NCBI GenBank assembly: GCA_043228905.1
Contig: JBHGNT010000034.1
Location: 124,001 to 188,000 of the forward strand
Source of the DNA: Azolla caroliniana
Taxonomy: Eukaryota; Plantae; Polypodiophyta
Length of the DNA: 64,000 bases
Reading direction: 5' to 3'
Shown here: positions 16,061 to 29,167 of the stretch, in pieces
Layout: each line of letters opens with the position of its first letter
How positions within the stretch are numbered: the stretch's first letter is position 1
Notes under the pieces: generated by a model
What the model saw: the letters and a program-made list of their open reading frames with translations, nothing else
Told to the model about the DNA's origin: nothing
The model's database searches: none
Translations under genes and position numbers: made by a program

Positions 16061-16338
16061 TATTATTAACCTATTCTTGCAGTATGGGTTCACAATGCAT
16101 AGTAGGAAGTCGAGATGGTGATTGCATGTGCCTCCTTGGACACACCTAAGAGTTCCTTCACCCCAAGGTACCTTTTTGGCCAAACAACTTAGGGCACTTC
16201 ATTTCTTCATCTATGTATATCAAAGATGACTTTGAAATTGGTTAAATATGTGCTGCTATGTCAAAGGTATGATATATACATCACAAATATATGCATCCAT
16301 ATAGTCATCACAAAGGCATTGTCACATCTAAGAAAGGT

Positions 16339-17130
16339 TGTGATAAACCTAAAACATGGGGGTCTTGAAACGAACCCAAAACACGGTGGAGAGAAGATAT
16401 ATCAAGCCAAAATTATGATTAATTATGATTAACACTTAATCATAACTATAAGAAGGTTTTATTACAAGCTCCTTGGAGCTAACTAAGATTAAGGAGAGAG
16501 TAAGTAAATTAGGAAATCGAGGAATGAACCAAAATGGGGAGAAGCTCCTCCATATATAGTCTAAGGGTGGTTGTTGAGTTACCCTATTCGTTATGCCAAG
16601 AGGTGACCATTGGGGTTAGACTAGCCGTGGAGCAATCCCAAGTGGGATTGCCTGTTGGGATAGGGTTGTCCCATCCCATGGTGGATCTAGGACTAGGACT
16701 AGGTCCCTTCTTGGGTTGGGATTGGTGGCTGCATGGGACTGTCCCAACCCAAACCCCGCTTGGGACAATTGGGACTACATGGCTTGATCCCAACCTTGCT
16801 TGTTCCTTCTCATGCTCGTGCCAATGCTTGTGCCAACCTTGATTGGTACTCCATGGCTTTGTGTTGTCTCATTTTGGGGTGCCATGGATGTTGATAGTGC
16901 CATTCTTGGATTGTAACTTTTGGAATAAGATTGTTACATTGTGTGCATCCCTATCTCTCTCTTTCTCTCACTTTGTCTCCTCGATCTTGCTTTAACTTGT
17001 TAACTTGGTGATCATCTTAACATAGATGTTGTTCATTGTTTCCGCATTGACGGTCTCAAACTCCAACAATGGTTCCCTCATGACTCACTTTGGGGCTGAT
17101 TTCGGGTTGGCCTTATTTAGGGACACCACA
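16339..17130. mobile_element. Solo LTR, 792 bp
   Basis: Begins TGTGATAAACCTAAA and ends TTTAGGGACACCACA (imperfect inverted ends, TG...CA). Flanked by 5-bp direct repeat AAGGT at 16334-16338 and 17131-17135. Confidence 0.8.
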
Positions 17131-17924
17131 AAGGTATTGTAAAAAGTTCTTTAAGCACATAAAAGCTCTATTTTGTTTGCATCACAAAACCCTTAAAATC
17201 ATAAATTGAAATTTGACATATTTGCTTTAGAGAATATTTGCAATATTCACGAAAAATAAACCAATCGTTTTGATGCATTTTTTAAATAAAAAACCAAGAT
17301 AAATGCAAAAAAAGAAGAAAAAATTAGCTTTAAATAGTCAAACATACAAATGCAGCGAATATTTCTGTATGTATTTGCGCTTGAATTGATTCGTGAAAAA
17401 TACAAATGCGAACATTTCAATCTATGCTTAAAATAGTGTTTCTAGTGTGTGGTTTCCAACATCAAGGCACAGGTCCAAGTCTAAGGAAGAGAGTGACTAC
17501 ACATTCATACGCTAAAAAAAATCCTAACTCAACAAGTTCACAACTTTGGTTTCATCATGCACATGATGAAAAAAATAAGTCACTTGATTATATGCAAGTT
17601 TTGTAGTTATAAATGATTATGTCTCTCTGTATACACATGGCAATCAACGCATATACGTAGAGGATCTAGTTGTGTCCCGATGACACTACTCTGCAATAAT
17701 CAAAACAGAAAAACTATGCAAAATATTCCTCCTTCAACATCCATCAAACACATGTTTGGTGTGGCTTATTGTCCCAACAAGACTGCTCAAAAATAATCAA
17801 AACGAAAAACCTTCGCAATAATATAATCCTCTTTAACCATCCATCAAATGAGTAGTGCTGCTTGTATCTATCAAAACTGCACACCACCTAAATTAAAGTA
17901 GAGGCAGGTTATACCTTCAGGCTT

Positions 17925-18124
17925 CAACATACATTTAGGGATTCAATCTTCTTAAATGTCAAAGATTCACAATGGCATTGGGAGCAATGAACCCCGTAAG
18001 TAAATGTTTGATATCCTCCAAGACCAACATACATTTAGGGATTCAATCTTCTTAAATGTCAAAGATTCACAATGGCATTGGGAGCAATGAAACCCGTAAG
18101 TAAATGTTTGATATCCTCCGAGAC
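17925..18124. repeat. Tandem duplication, 2 x 100 bp
   Basis: caacatacatttagggattcaatcttc...tgtttgatatcctcc starts at 17925 and 18025. Confidence 0.92.
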
Positions 18125-18419
18125 TTGGTTTCCCATGATTGTACAATAGGGGTGATACTTTAGCAGGATTGGATCACCTTAGCATCAAGGACATTAGGGG
18201 CATTCCATGAAGATCATTATTGTCTTCGGGGACTGGCTGCAAGTAAACTTTTTTCATATTTTCCAAGAAGGAACATTGGTGCCATCAAGTTCGACAAGAC
18301 ATAAAGTAAGTAAGGTTTGATACATTTAAAAGATTTGTTTACCCAAGGGCTGATACACGACATGTGTATAGGTTTCAAAGACGGATACAATGCAGTTCAG
18401 TGGATGTCAGATAATGATG

Positions 18420-21400
18420 TCACAAACTCAGTTTCTTCCTTGCAAGCTCAGCTTGATATTTGGCAGGTACGCCCTCTTTTTCAAGCTCTTTCAGCTTCCT
18501 CTGTTTTATAGCATCAAGGATTTCTAGCTCAGCTTTGCTCCTCAACCTAATCTTCTCCCCAAACTCTAGCTCTTCTCTTCTTTCTCGTGCTTTATCTTCC
18601 TTATGCTTCTGTATCTGCCGCAAAATCTCGTCCTTGTTCTGCAGATTCCGAACCCGCACTTTCTCTTCCTCTTCCTTGATATGCTTGATGGACTCTTGTT
18701 GCTCTCTCATCACTCTGTAGAACTCTGACTGTTCATGTTTAGCTTGATCAGCTTGTCGTTTCATCTTCAGCATCTTCTGTTCCTCGCGAGCTTGGAGTAT
18801 CTCATCCTGCATTTTCTTTAGTTTCTCTGCCTCTGCCTTCTCTTTCACTCTCCATTCTCTCTCAAGTGCCTCTTGGACTCGTTGAGCTCGTAGCTCATCC
18901 ATCTGAGCTTGCTTGTCCTGAGCTTTCTCTTGCATTGCACGCAACCTTGCTGTCTCCATCTCTCTGAACTTCCTCTGCTTTTCTTGTTCCTCGTGGTATT
19001 CCTGCTCCTTGAGGTCTTTCATATATACATAAAGGTTGATTTTCTCTGTCTCTTCTTTGTCCAGCTCAACAAGATGCTTCTTGTACTGAATTTGGTCTTC
19101 ATTGTACTTTTTTATTTCGGACAGTAGCTTTTGCCCATCTTCATATTTCTTCTGTGCAGCTTTGAGGTCTTCTTGCCTCTGCTTCTCTAGTTCTTTCAGC
19201 ATCCGCTTTCCCTCAAGTTCCTTCATCTCATCTGCAATCTGTCGTTGAGCTCCAGCTTCCTAAAAGCACAGAATAATAAAACACTATTAGGATAGTGTTT
19301 TCAGGGGGTCAAATTGAATGTATAATGATATACTAACTGCTATCTGTTGCCTTAACACCATAGCCCCTTCCATTCTGCTCTTGAATCTTTCTTCTTCATG
19401 CTTCTGCTGCCTTTCATCGTCTTTTTTGGCGTTTACCATCATAATGGCAAACATTTTATCATTATAGTTCTTCTCCTCTGCAATTTTTTCTTCCTACAGT
19501 CAATGAAATTGATCATGTAACAGTTCTTGAAGGGCAATGCAATTTAATGAGCCCACAAGGGTTTCTCCATCACATACCTTTTCATGTTTTTGGCCATCTC
19601 TAACTGTTGCTGTCCTTGCATAGAGCATCATGGAGTTCATTTTCTTCACATCATCGATTTGTTCTTCCCAGACTTTGTTGGCTTTTGAAAGAATCCTATT
19701 ATTCACATGCAGAATCATAATAAAAAACGTGCATTTTAAGAAGAATAATGTTGCTCCAACATTGACAGTCTTTGCACAAAACTAAAGTTTAATCGCAGAA
19801 TATATGCAGACATGATATGGCCATTGAAGGTTCAACCTTAAAGAGTAATAAAATCGCATACAAGCTCATTAACAAATCAGAAAGCTAGCATAAGGGAATC
19901 AAAGGTCATAAAAACCAGCAATTTCCAGTAACATTTACATTATGCTCTAATCTACTTCAGAAAATATTAGACATATACGATATACCATATATCATCTGCA
20001 GGATTCAACAGTAATTCTTTCCATGTACCTCAACACACATGCACTATACGAACTAGGATCCATTAAAATGGAGAGGTTATGTTGTCGAAATTTGTCAGAA
20101 GGACTGTTGCCAAGTTTTTGTATGTGCATGTACATCTGAGACTAGCAACTCAACCAATCTTCTGATTATATAGTTGGATATGACTAGAATGATGATCATA
20201 AATTGTTATTCAATCTCTATTTAAGTATTTTCAAGAGTGAAGTTTTGATCCTCACAAGGCATCTTTTTCTTTTTTCAATCTTTCGCTTTCTGTGAGAGCA
20301 CCAACTTTTTTTTTCCTATCAGCTTCCATCTACAAAAGCAGATTCTACTCATGTACTTGAGAACATCTTTTATGCACTTATATAGCATCATTCAGAGAAA
20401 AAAAATAAGCCTGCTCTGATTTGTGTTTGATTAAGAATTAGAAGATAATGACCAAGATGGTCCCATTCCTCTAAAGAAATACTAAATCCTTGAACATTTT
20501 AATCTACATAACAGAAAATGAGACTAATTACATACATGCATGCATGCATGCATGCATGTGTGTGTGTGTGTGTGTGTGTGCGTGTGGGTCATGAAATGTG
20601 ATTTAAGGTGGCAAGCAAGGTTTTTGAGTCATGCAACCTGATCCAGGTGCAAAAAGTGATTTTGCCAACCACGCAGGGTTCTTGAGTCATGGAACACGAT
20701 TTGGGATGCAAATAGGTTTTCTGGGTCGCTAAATCTGAATCAATTTGCAAACCGTGAATCAGTGACCCGAGCATGGTTCTCAAATCACTGAAGGGGATCT
20801 GGTCACCAGATTTGATTGGCACCAAATCTTGGTTTTGGAGTCACCAACCATGATTCAAGAAAGAAAGCAAGTTACTTGAGTGATGACATGTGACCTGGTC
20901 ACAATAAGCTACTTGGGGTTAACGCGGAATTTTGGGGTCAACTTTGGTGTTTGGGACCCAGAGTCATGTTTGGGGGGGTCTCAAACACCGGTTGTAACAT
21001 GAAGCATGATTGAAAATTTTGGATAAAATCCTGGGAAAATTGAATGGAAAAAATATCAAAAATCTACATCATAAAGCAACTATTTCCAATAATTGAAAGC
21101 GCTGTGAGGACGATGGGCTTCCTCATACCAATCTATATCCAACTTTCCAAAAAAGAAAGAGACATGTATGTATGCAGGCATACATGTATATATGTATGTA
21201 TACAACAGACCTTCAACATCATGGCCTTGCGTTGATTTGCAATAGCAGAATTCCTCATCCTTTCATCATACTGCTCTTTCCGTTTCCTAGCTATATCTGC
21301 TTCTGTCAAAATTTGGGAAGAGCTCTGCCAATAACCAATCCAATCATGAAATACTGTGGCTAATGTTAGCATGTCGTCAACCTGGACAAAATAATCAATC

Positions 21401-22435
21401 CCATAGAATTACCTTGATACGGTGTATTTCGCTCACATTTATCACCACAGTATCTGAATCCTCTTTGACATTCTTCATTGGAGAACGAGCTTTGTTCTCA
21501 GCTTTAGCCTCCTGAATGTGATCAAGCAAACATGCATAACTGATTAGACAGTACAAAGAAATCCTGATTCTGAGAGGATAATGATGTCTGGAAGAGATGC
21601 TAGAAAGAAAGAGAACCCCCTACTACGTGACATTCCTGTGATCTTACAGTTTTCATATCTCCTGCAAAACTTGCAGCTTCTCTCATTTTCTTTAAAATTA
21701 AATTTCACAGAAAAAGAAAAAGAAAACTCCAGATGTCGGTAGTTTCCTTTGAAAATAATACGGTAAGGTAGTAAACGGAAATATCTCTTATCAAAAGACC
21801 TGCAGAAGCAGTAATTTCCTCGGCAAATGAGGAATAATATGATATTCCGGTTAACATTACATTTTCCCTCATTTTCTGTTGAAAAGGATGTGTTAGATTA
21901 GAACAAGGGAGATGAACTTTTGCACGCAGTAAGGAAAGAGAAAACGTAGTTGATCAGGTTTATCCTGTGTGAATTACGTGAGCTACTGTAACATTTCAAT
22001 TTTTTTACGTGAGTCGGTGACTGAAAGGGCCGTACTTTATAACAGAAACGAATGAGAAAGAGATGTTACATATTGACGCAAACGTATTCTATAGTTTGAA
22101 CAGAAATAGAACAGAAAGAGCCGCCAAAGTTTAACATAAATTGAGAAGAAAGCAAAGGAATACTTTAACAGAAACGAAAACCAAAGGTTTAACAGAGAAA
22201 AAAAAAAGAAAAAAAAGCTTGATCAAAGCCTAATTTTATCAGAGACGAGACAGCAATTGTGTAGCAGAAACAAAACAGAAAGACAACCTACACATAGTTA
22301 TAAATCCAAAGAAAAGTCATCATGTAGCATAAACCAGAAGGAGGAAGAGATTACAGCGAGCATGTATTTCGGTAGAGGCTGGTCGAACTTGTAGGTCACG
22401 GGCCTCATCATCATGGTGGACGTCTCCTGCTTCAT
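18420..22435 (-). CDS. CFAP45: Cilia- and flagella-associated protein 45 (CCDC19/FAP45), 7 exons, ~493 aa
   Basis: Exons 22435-22355, 21511-21413, 21324-21211, 20329-20256, 19695-19578, 19493-19338, 19259-18420, GT-AG, in phase (1482 nt). Coiled-coil protein with EQIDDVKKMNSMMLYARTATVRDGQ, ETARLRAMQEKAQDKQAQMDELRAQR and C-terminal IKQRKLKELEKEGVPAKYQAEL. The first exon is the least certain. Confidence 0.85.
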
Positions 22436-24359
22436 GAATTAACAGCGCAGAGACGATGCGATTACTCCGATATATATGAGGGCAGCAGCGATGGCAGGGA
22501 CAGGAATCGAAGGCGATCGATGGTCACATGATATCTGCAGAAGGGATTTGATTTGATTTGGGGGGGGTAGGTTGTGGATCGAGGGGGCGCGAATGTGCTG
22601 CCGGATAGATCATAGGTCCCCCCCCCCCATTCCAGCCACATCCATCCATCCTACTTAACGAATAAATTACATAGCCCCTTTTCCCGTGTCTCGTGAAGAG
22701 CGTTCGTTTCAATACATAATGTACAATGGCCGTGGCCGAGTCTCGAACTCCTGAAATCTTCGTATTTCCAAATCAAAACTACTTCCAAAAACAATATGTA
22801 TGTAGATACATATTGTGGAACAAACACAAACACATACATAGACAGAGACAGAGGCATACACTCGCTTGCACTAAGTTTTTGATACTAGAAGCACCTAGGC
22901 AGGAGGAGCCTTGAAAAGAACCAACAAATGATGATGGCCACCACCTCTCTTTTGCCGGGGGAGCTTTTTCATTGATTGCATATGTGGCAACATTCATTCG
23001 AAAATGGACATGGACTACTCCCACGCACACACTTCACCTATCTTCTTATTTTCTTCGTTTGATCTTATCGCTACAATGCCACATATGAAAAATGTTACTT
23101 CTTCTTCATTTTTTCAAGATGAATGTGTGATCATTTGCTTGTTCCATTATTGAATATTCAACCTAATTGTGATGTTCTTCTATAAATATTTTAACACATA
23201 ACGAAGTCAATTCCCCTTTAACGCTACAACAGTTGGCCATTTGGTCCAATTATCGATATAGCCACCAATACCTATTTGTACCTTGCTTGGCTTTTAGGTT
23301 GCACACTAGTCCCACAAAGTTGAGCCCCCCAATGTGGAAGGTTCCCAACGACTAAATTGAATGGGCCATCGCACAATCTTAAAACCCTTCATTCGGAATA
23401 TTCATCTAAGTGATACCATTGGTCATATATCCCCAAATATGTATTCCTTGTATGTTTCTCTATTTCTCATCTTCCCACACACATATTTAGAGTATTTGTT
23501 CCACTGCCCTTTTGTATAGACTTCATACCATTCCCTGTTATAAAGATTCATCCAAATCTTAGGTTAGTGGTATGACAATTGAGATGGTTTTTAATACACC
23601 TTGCATATAGCAAGGGTGATCACACTCTTATGCCAATGGTATTACAAGTGAGGTGGGTTTTATTAAATGTATGTGTTTGCCCCACCACACCATTTTTACA
23701 TAGTGTGATGGTTCAACTCGCTACCTTGACATGTTGTCATGAAATACATCGTTGCATGTGAAACGGGAATAGAACCATTGGGGACTTGAATAAGAGAAAA
23801 TGGGATTGGCCGCGGCGTTGATTTCGGAATATTCGTGGATTCAAGTTTGATGTGAAAAAATTTAATTACACTTATGTATATGTTTGTATATTCATGAGTG
23901 TGTGAACGAATACAAGCAAGCTTGAATGTAGGTAGGTAAATATGTGTAGGTAGATAGGTAAAATATGCTTGGTGTAGTGTAAGTATTTTATTGGTAATCT
24001 AGACGGCAGTTTGGGAAATAACATATTGTTTCTGACACATGGTAGGGTTCTAAGTGTTAAAGCTAAATATAATGGTCTAGGTGAAGGATATAAAAGAGGA
24101 CTAAGGTAAAATATGTATGAATGTGTTTTCCGGGTGTGTACGTTTTCATGTAAATGTATAGACATTTGGTTATGTGCATGTATGTGAACATATATGGGTA
24201 AGCATATTAAGTGTTTGTATATAAATGGAAAGGTGTATTTCTAGTGCATTGGAACCAATTAATTTCTTTTCATTTCCTAAAGTGTAAGTAAAAGGTGGGG
24301 GTAGAGATTTTATTCATTTATTTGGTTTCAACATGTGAAGGAAAAGTGTGAACAAAACG

Positions 24360-25085
24360 TGGACTCGACCCAACTTGCCGCTTGTGTGGTGAAGCGACAT
24401 AATCATCTCAACACTGCTTTGTGGTATTGCGTATGAAATATGGAGGCGAAGTTTACGGATACTAGCTTACAGTGGAGGTTATGGAGAGGTCTCATGGATG
24501 GTGCCCCAATGGCTCACGACGGACCAAGAATTGTGGTTTCCCAATTCAACAAATCGGGCCCCTTTATGCAATTGGAGCAGGGAACTAGTAGGACGACTGA
24601 TTCTCCATCCTGGTCACAAATAAAGCAACCAGAGTTGAAATCATTGTGGACCACACTTGCAGGTCTAACAACATGCCAAATATGGAAGCCCATCCCTCAA
24701 GCAAAGGTAATCATGGAACTTTGGGATCACCTTATCGCCTTCCTTTGTGGGTCATATCGAGATATTCAAGGCAACATGGACTTGGTGTCCATGGCACTAG
24801 CAATCTTCATTTTGAAATGGAGTGGAACGCCGACGCAACAATTGTTGGGCGACAATATACAATGGTGCAATCTCCCGCCAAAATGGCTCTTCCCACCAAG
24901 GACTCCCCCATGTGACATCCCCCCACCATTCCTGAATTGTAGCAATATCACTTTAGGCTTCATGTTTTTTGAGTTAATCGAAGCCACAAAGCTCTATATG
25001 AGGCATGGCTCTTGTACATATGATACCTCTTGTATTTCTTCCTAACTAATGGGTAGCAAATTCTTTTGGAAAAAAGAAAGAAAAG
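24360..25085 (+). mobile_element. Degenerate 3' fragment of an L1-type LINE
   Basis: Broken CRLC...H zinc-finger-like stretch, Trp-rich ORF 24440-25045 resembling an L1 ORF2 C-terminus, A-rich tail near 25070. Confidence 0.5.
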
Positions 25086-25784
25086 TGAGAAGGATTATAA
25101 TTCTTAGGGAATGATTTGAAATCAGATTTAAAATAACTTATTCTACCTCCAAGTGTTAAGTTCTTTCTCTCTAGAATGGTTATGGTTATGGTAACTACAT
25201 CTACAACGCACCTTACTGTGAATGAAACTATTTGTATCCATTACCCTTTTACAATTCATTCAAGTCATTCTAGAAACAATACTTGAATGATCCATGCCTT
25301 ACTCTTAATTATTCAAACTCTCTGTATCCATTACCCTTTTACAATCGATTATTTGATAGATTTGGATTGTGACGAGATACACACCGATCATTTGATAGGA
25401 CCGCCCAATGATTGCAGAAGTGGTGTTTGAAATGTCCATGAGGAAGGAGCTCCTTGATTGAGGACTTTCCTTGAACACTATGTTGTACTAAAAGAAAATT
25501 CTTTGATGAGGATTGAGTTAGCTTGATCCTACAATGGACGATAATTTTGAAGTCTTTCACACTTGTTTGCATTTTTATTAAAAACCATTTAAAAAAATTA
25601 AAATTAAAAATGAAAAAAATCATAAAACTTAAGAATAATATATATGCATATAAAAAAATGTGAATCAATTTATTCAATTATTTCTAAATAAAACTCGTGT
25701 TATAATTGTCAGCTAAACAACACCATAATCGTGTATAAAACATGAGATTGAACTGTCACATATAATTACACATTTTGACTATTG

Positions 25785-26220
25785 ATCACCCCTCACTTGT
25801 AGAAGAGGCTATTCTACATCATTATAAAAAAAAAAGAGAAACGGAGAACACCAAAGTTATTGAGTTTCTTGTTCTTGGATTGACAAAATATACTCCATTA
25901 ATTGCTCCAGGATAAAGGCATTTTGAGTAACTAATCACCCCTCACTTGTAGAAGAGACTATTCTACATAATTATAAAAAAAGAAGAGAACACTGAAGTTA
26001 TTGAGTTGCTTATTCTTGGATCGACAATATATACTCCATTAATTGCTCCAGGATCAAGGCATTTTGATTAACTAATCACCCCTCACTTGTAGAAGAGAAA
26101 CAATATATTTTACATCATTATATATAAAAAAAGAGAAACGAAGAACACTGAGGTTCTTGAGTTGCTTGTTCCTACATCAACAATACTTACTTCGTTAATT
26201 GCTTAAGGATTAAGGAAATT
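25785..26220. repeat. Tandem array of three ~140-150 bp units
   Basis: atcacccctcacttgtagaagag...gagtt.ctt.ttc...attgct recurs at ~25786, ~25935 and ~26075. Confidence 0.88.
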
Positions 26221-26339
26221 ATAAAAAAAAACAAATTAATACAAAAAAACGTTAACCTCACTTTGATACAAAGTGTTAGAAACTTAATTAATGTTAAGAA
26301 TTATTAAAAAGGAAAATAAGGATCCATTATGCACTACCG

Positions 26340-27000
26340 GTTCGGGCTTGGTTGCGGCAATTAGATAGTAAGGCATGTGGTTTTGGTTGTGGATGTATGA
26401 TGGAATCAATTAAGCATGTATTGTGGTATTGTCCTAAAATTATGCAAGTATGGCAGAGAGTATTAAGGTTATTGATATTGATACATGCTAATTGTGTGAT
26501 CAATTGGGGTGCGGTTAGGTGGGCATTCTAGAGGGACAACTCTTGTTATATGAAAAGGAGGATATAATGGAAGCCTTTCACATAGTTCCTTCTCATATAC
26601 AAATGGTTCAACCTTTTATAGGTGATTGTTTGCAATTTAGGGATGATATTATTTGGAAGACAATTTCATCTATTATGATGTGGGTAATTTGGAAGGCACG
26701 ATGCACATCAATATTTGACAATGCCACTAAGGATGGTTCTGTTATGATTGCTGAATTCTGGTTGTTACTTGTTCATACATTACGTGGTCAATATGAAAGT
26801 TTCATAGGCAATGTTGATGTCATTTTCAGGAAGCAAATGCATTTTAAAGGGTTATGGGACTCTATGCTCATTTTTAGGGAAGATGGAGATCACATAGTTT
26901 GGATGTATGTTGTCCCCGTCATTTTGGGAAACAATGTTTACTAACTTTGTTTATGGACACACTGTTGGTACATACTTAGTTGGTATAGGTTACATTGCAT
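26340..27000 (+). mobile_element. 3' fragment of an L1-type LINE (zf-RVT region)
   Basis: Reads CGCMMESIKHVLWYCPKIMQVWQRV...WKTISSIMMWVIWKARCTSIF, the typical plant L1 ORF2 C-terminal pattern. Confidence 0.75.
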
Positions 27001-27185
27001 GCTGAGTTGCAGTTTGCGAGGAGTAAACGATAAAAATCCTGGATATATGGTGTACAAATATGTGTAGTTCTTTTATTTGTATATACACATCAAATCGACT
27101 ATGAGGAGACATATGTGGTAGGGAAAGACATTGATGGTCATCCTAAATATGGGAAATTTAAGAGAAAACAGGGGAAGAGAACATT

Positions 27186-28180
27186 ATGGTACCAACACTT
27201 AAAAGAGAAATGAAGAGAATGTCAAAAGAAGATTTCAATGTTGTGGCATTTCTCAAAACTTGTGCTCAGAGGAAGTATCTTTGTGAAGGTTCTAGAATAC
27301 ATGCATATATTGTGAGAAAAGGGTTGCTTGGAAAAATCCTGTATTTAGCAACCGCTTTGATGAACATGTATGCTAAGTGTGGTGCTCTTTTGAAAGCACA
27401 AAAACTGCTCGGATAGTTGCCAATCTGAAATGTTATATCATGGAATGGCTTCTAGATGGACAAGTGAAAACTATAGGTGTAGAGCGATTCCGATGGCCAT
27501 AAGTATTAGTTCAACCATCTCTCTGTGGAAATTTCCATGGAAATAGGCTACAACTCAAATAATGATAATGCAAATTTCCATGACCTTGCCAATTGTTGCC
27601 CACATACAAAATGTTGAGTCTTTAGAAGAATAGATCATTGAGCAACAACCACCACGATGCTTGAATCTTTGTTTTCCCATGCACCAATCCTTCGCGCTCA
27701 AATAGATATCCATGATTTATCTTGTTGACACATATTTGTAATCATGCAAAACTATAAACCATGAAATGCAAATATCCATGGAAAATAGGCTACAATTCTA
27801 CCATGAAGTGTGATGTGGATATCCGGAAATACCTTTATGGAAATGTTGTGCTCAGTGGAGGATCCACTATGTTTCCTGGCATTTTTGATAGGATGGTCTA
27901 CAATAATTTTTGGGTATGCTTGAGAAAGCTTCATCTTTGAGATGTGGTATGCTTGAGAAAGTAAGAAAAGTACTGGAAGAGCTTCATATTGGAGATGTGA
28001 TTCCTTGGTTAGCCCTTATTGTTGGACATGCTCAACAAGGACAAGGACATGAAGCCCTGAAGTGTCTCAAACACATGGAAAGTGAGGGCTTATCTCTTGA
28101 CCGGATAACTTTATTGTGTGTGCTGAGTGCATGTGATCACTCTGGGCTCATTTATCAAACTCAACTTTTGTATTTATAAT
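27186..28180 (+). pseudogene. PLS-class PPR pseudogene, interrupted
   Basis: TALMNMYAKCGALLKAQKLLG*LPI*NVISWN with stops, then inserted DNA, then CGMLEKVRKVLEEL...GHAQQGQGHEALKC...TLLCVLSACDHSGL. Confidence 0.85.
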
Positions 28181-29167
28181 GATTTTATAATATCAGGGCA
28201 TATCTTTTATTAAAATAATAATAATAATAAGGAAAATAAGGAAGAAAGGGTGAGAAGTGGATCCACGTCCCCTACTAGTGTCCCATACCACCATGTACAA
28301 ACACGTATCATACATTGGGTTTGAAGGAGGCACATGTGTATGAAGCTAGAGCTTTGCCACGTTGTCAGAATCTCTATCTCAAAAAGAAGAAGAAGAGATT
28401 CTCTTCGTGAAGGTAGATAGCCTTCTTATATATGCAACCCTAGGCCCTTGTGTGTGTTTCACACTTGGTTGCTTTTTTAATAAAAACAAGTCAAGTGATG
28501 AAACCCTCCACAACTATCTCCCATCGTAGGATTGAGATAACTCAATCCTCACCCCCCATCCTTAAAATTTAACCCACAACTACGGTTACAGTTATATGCT
28601 CGTAACAAGAGCCCACTAATCATGAGTCTCCATATGAATACCTTTGCACGAAATGACAAATGGGAATGCAAACCACCTTGCAATATTTGCCACCGCCGCA
28701 CATTTGACTTAGTGCATATATTCAACACCTTTCCTACTTTAGGTGATAGCCAAGATAATGATGCCATTGCATAGTGACATGTAACAAGCGTGTACCATCA
28801 TTTAACTGCAAGTCTACCCAAGGTGCAACATTTGTTTTCATTGGCAAACATCCATGCAACAATGATATCTCTTGTAATTTCACCCAAATAAATCCATAAT
28901 TTGTGGGAATATATAACCATTGTTTGGATTCTTCAAATTCCAATAACCTTTGAGATTCATTATCAATTACATCTCTCAAATCCACAACCCCCAATTGAGA
29001 TAAATGTTTGAGTTGAGGTTTTCGCTTCTCCTTTCCATGCCAATGCAACACTCAAGAAGAAACAAGCAATTCATTTTGTAAAGAATGACAAAGTTCTCGA
29101 TTAATTGATGGTGCCAACTCAAATAATGATAATGCAAATTTCTACGACCTTGCCAATTGTTGCCCAC

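Noticed and set aside
20588-21000. Possible small DNA transposon in CFAP45 intron 3
   Set aside because: Internal repeated words are present, but no clear TIR or TSD.
25785-26220. Repeat array considered as CRISPR-like
   Set aside because: Whole units are homologous with no unique spacers, and the DNA is eukaryotic.
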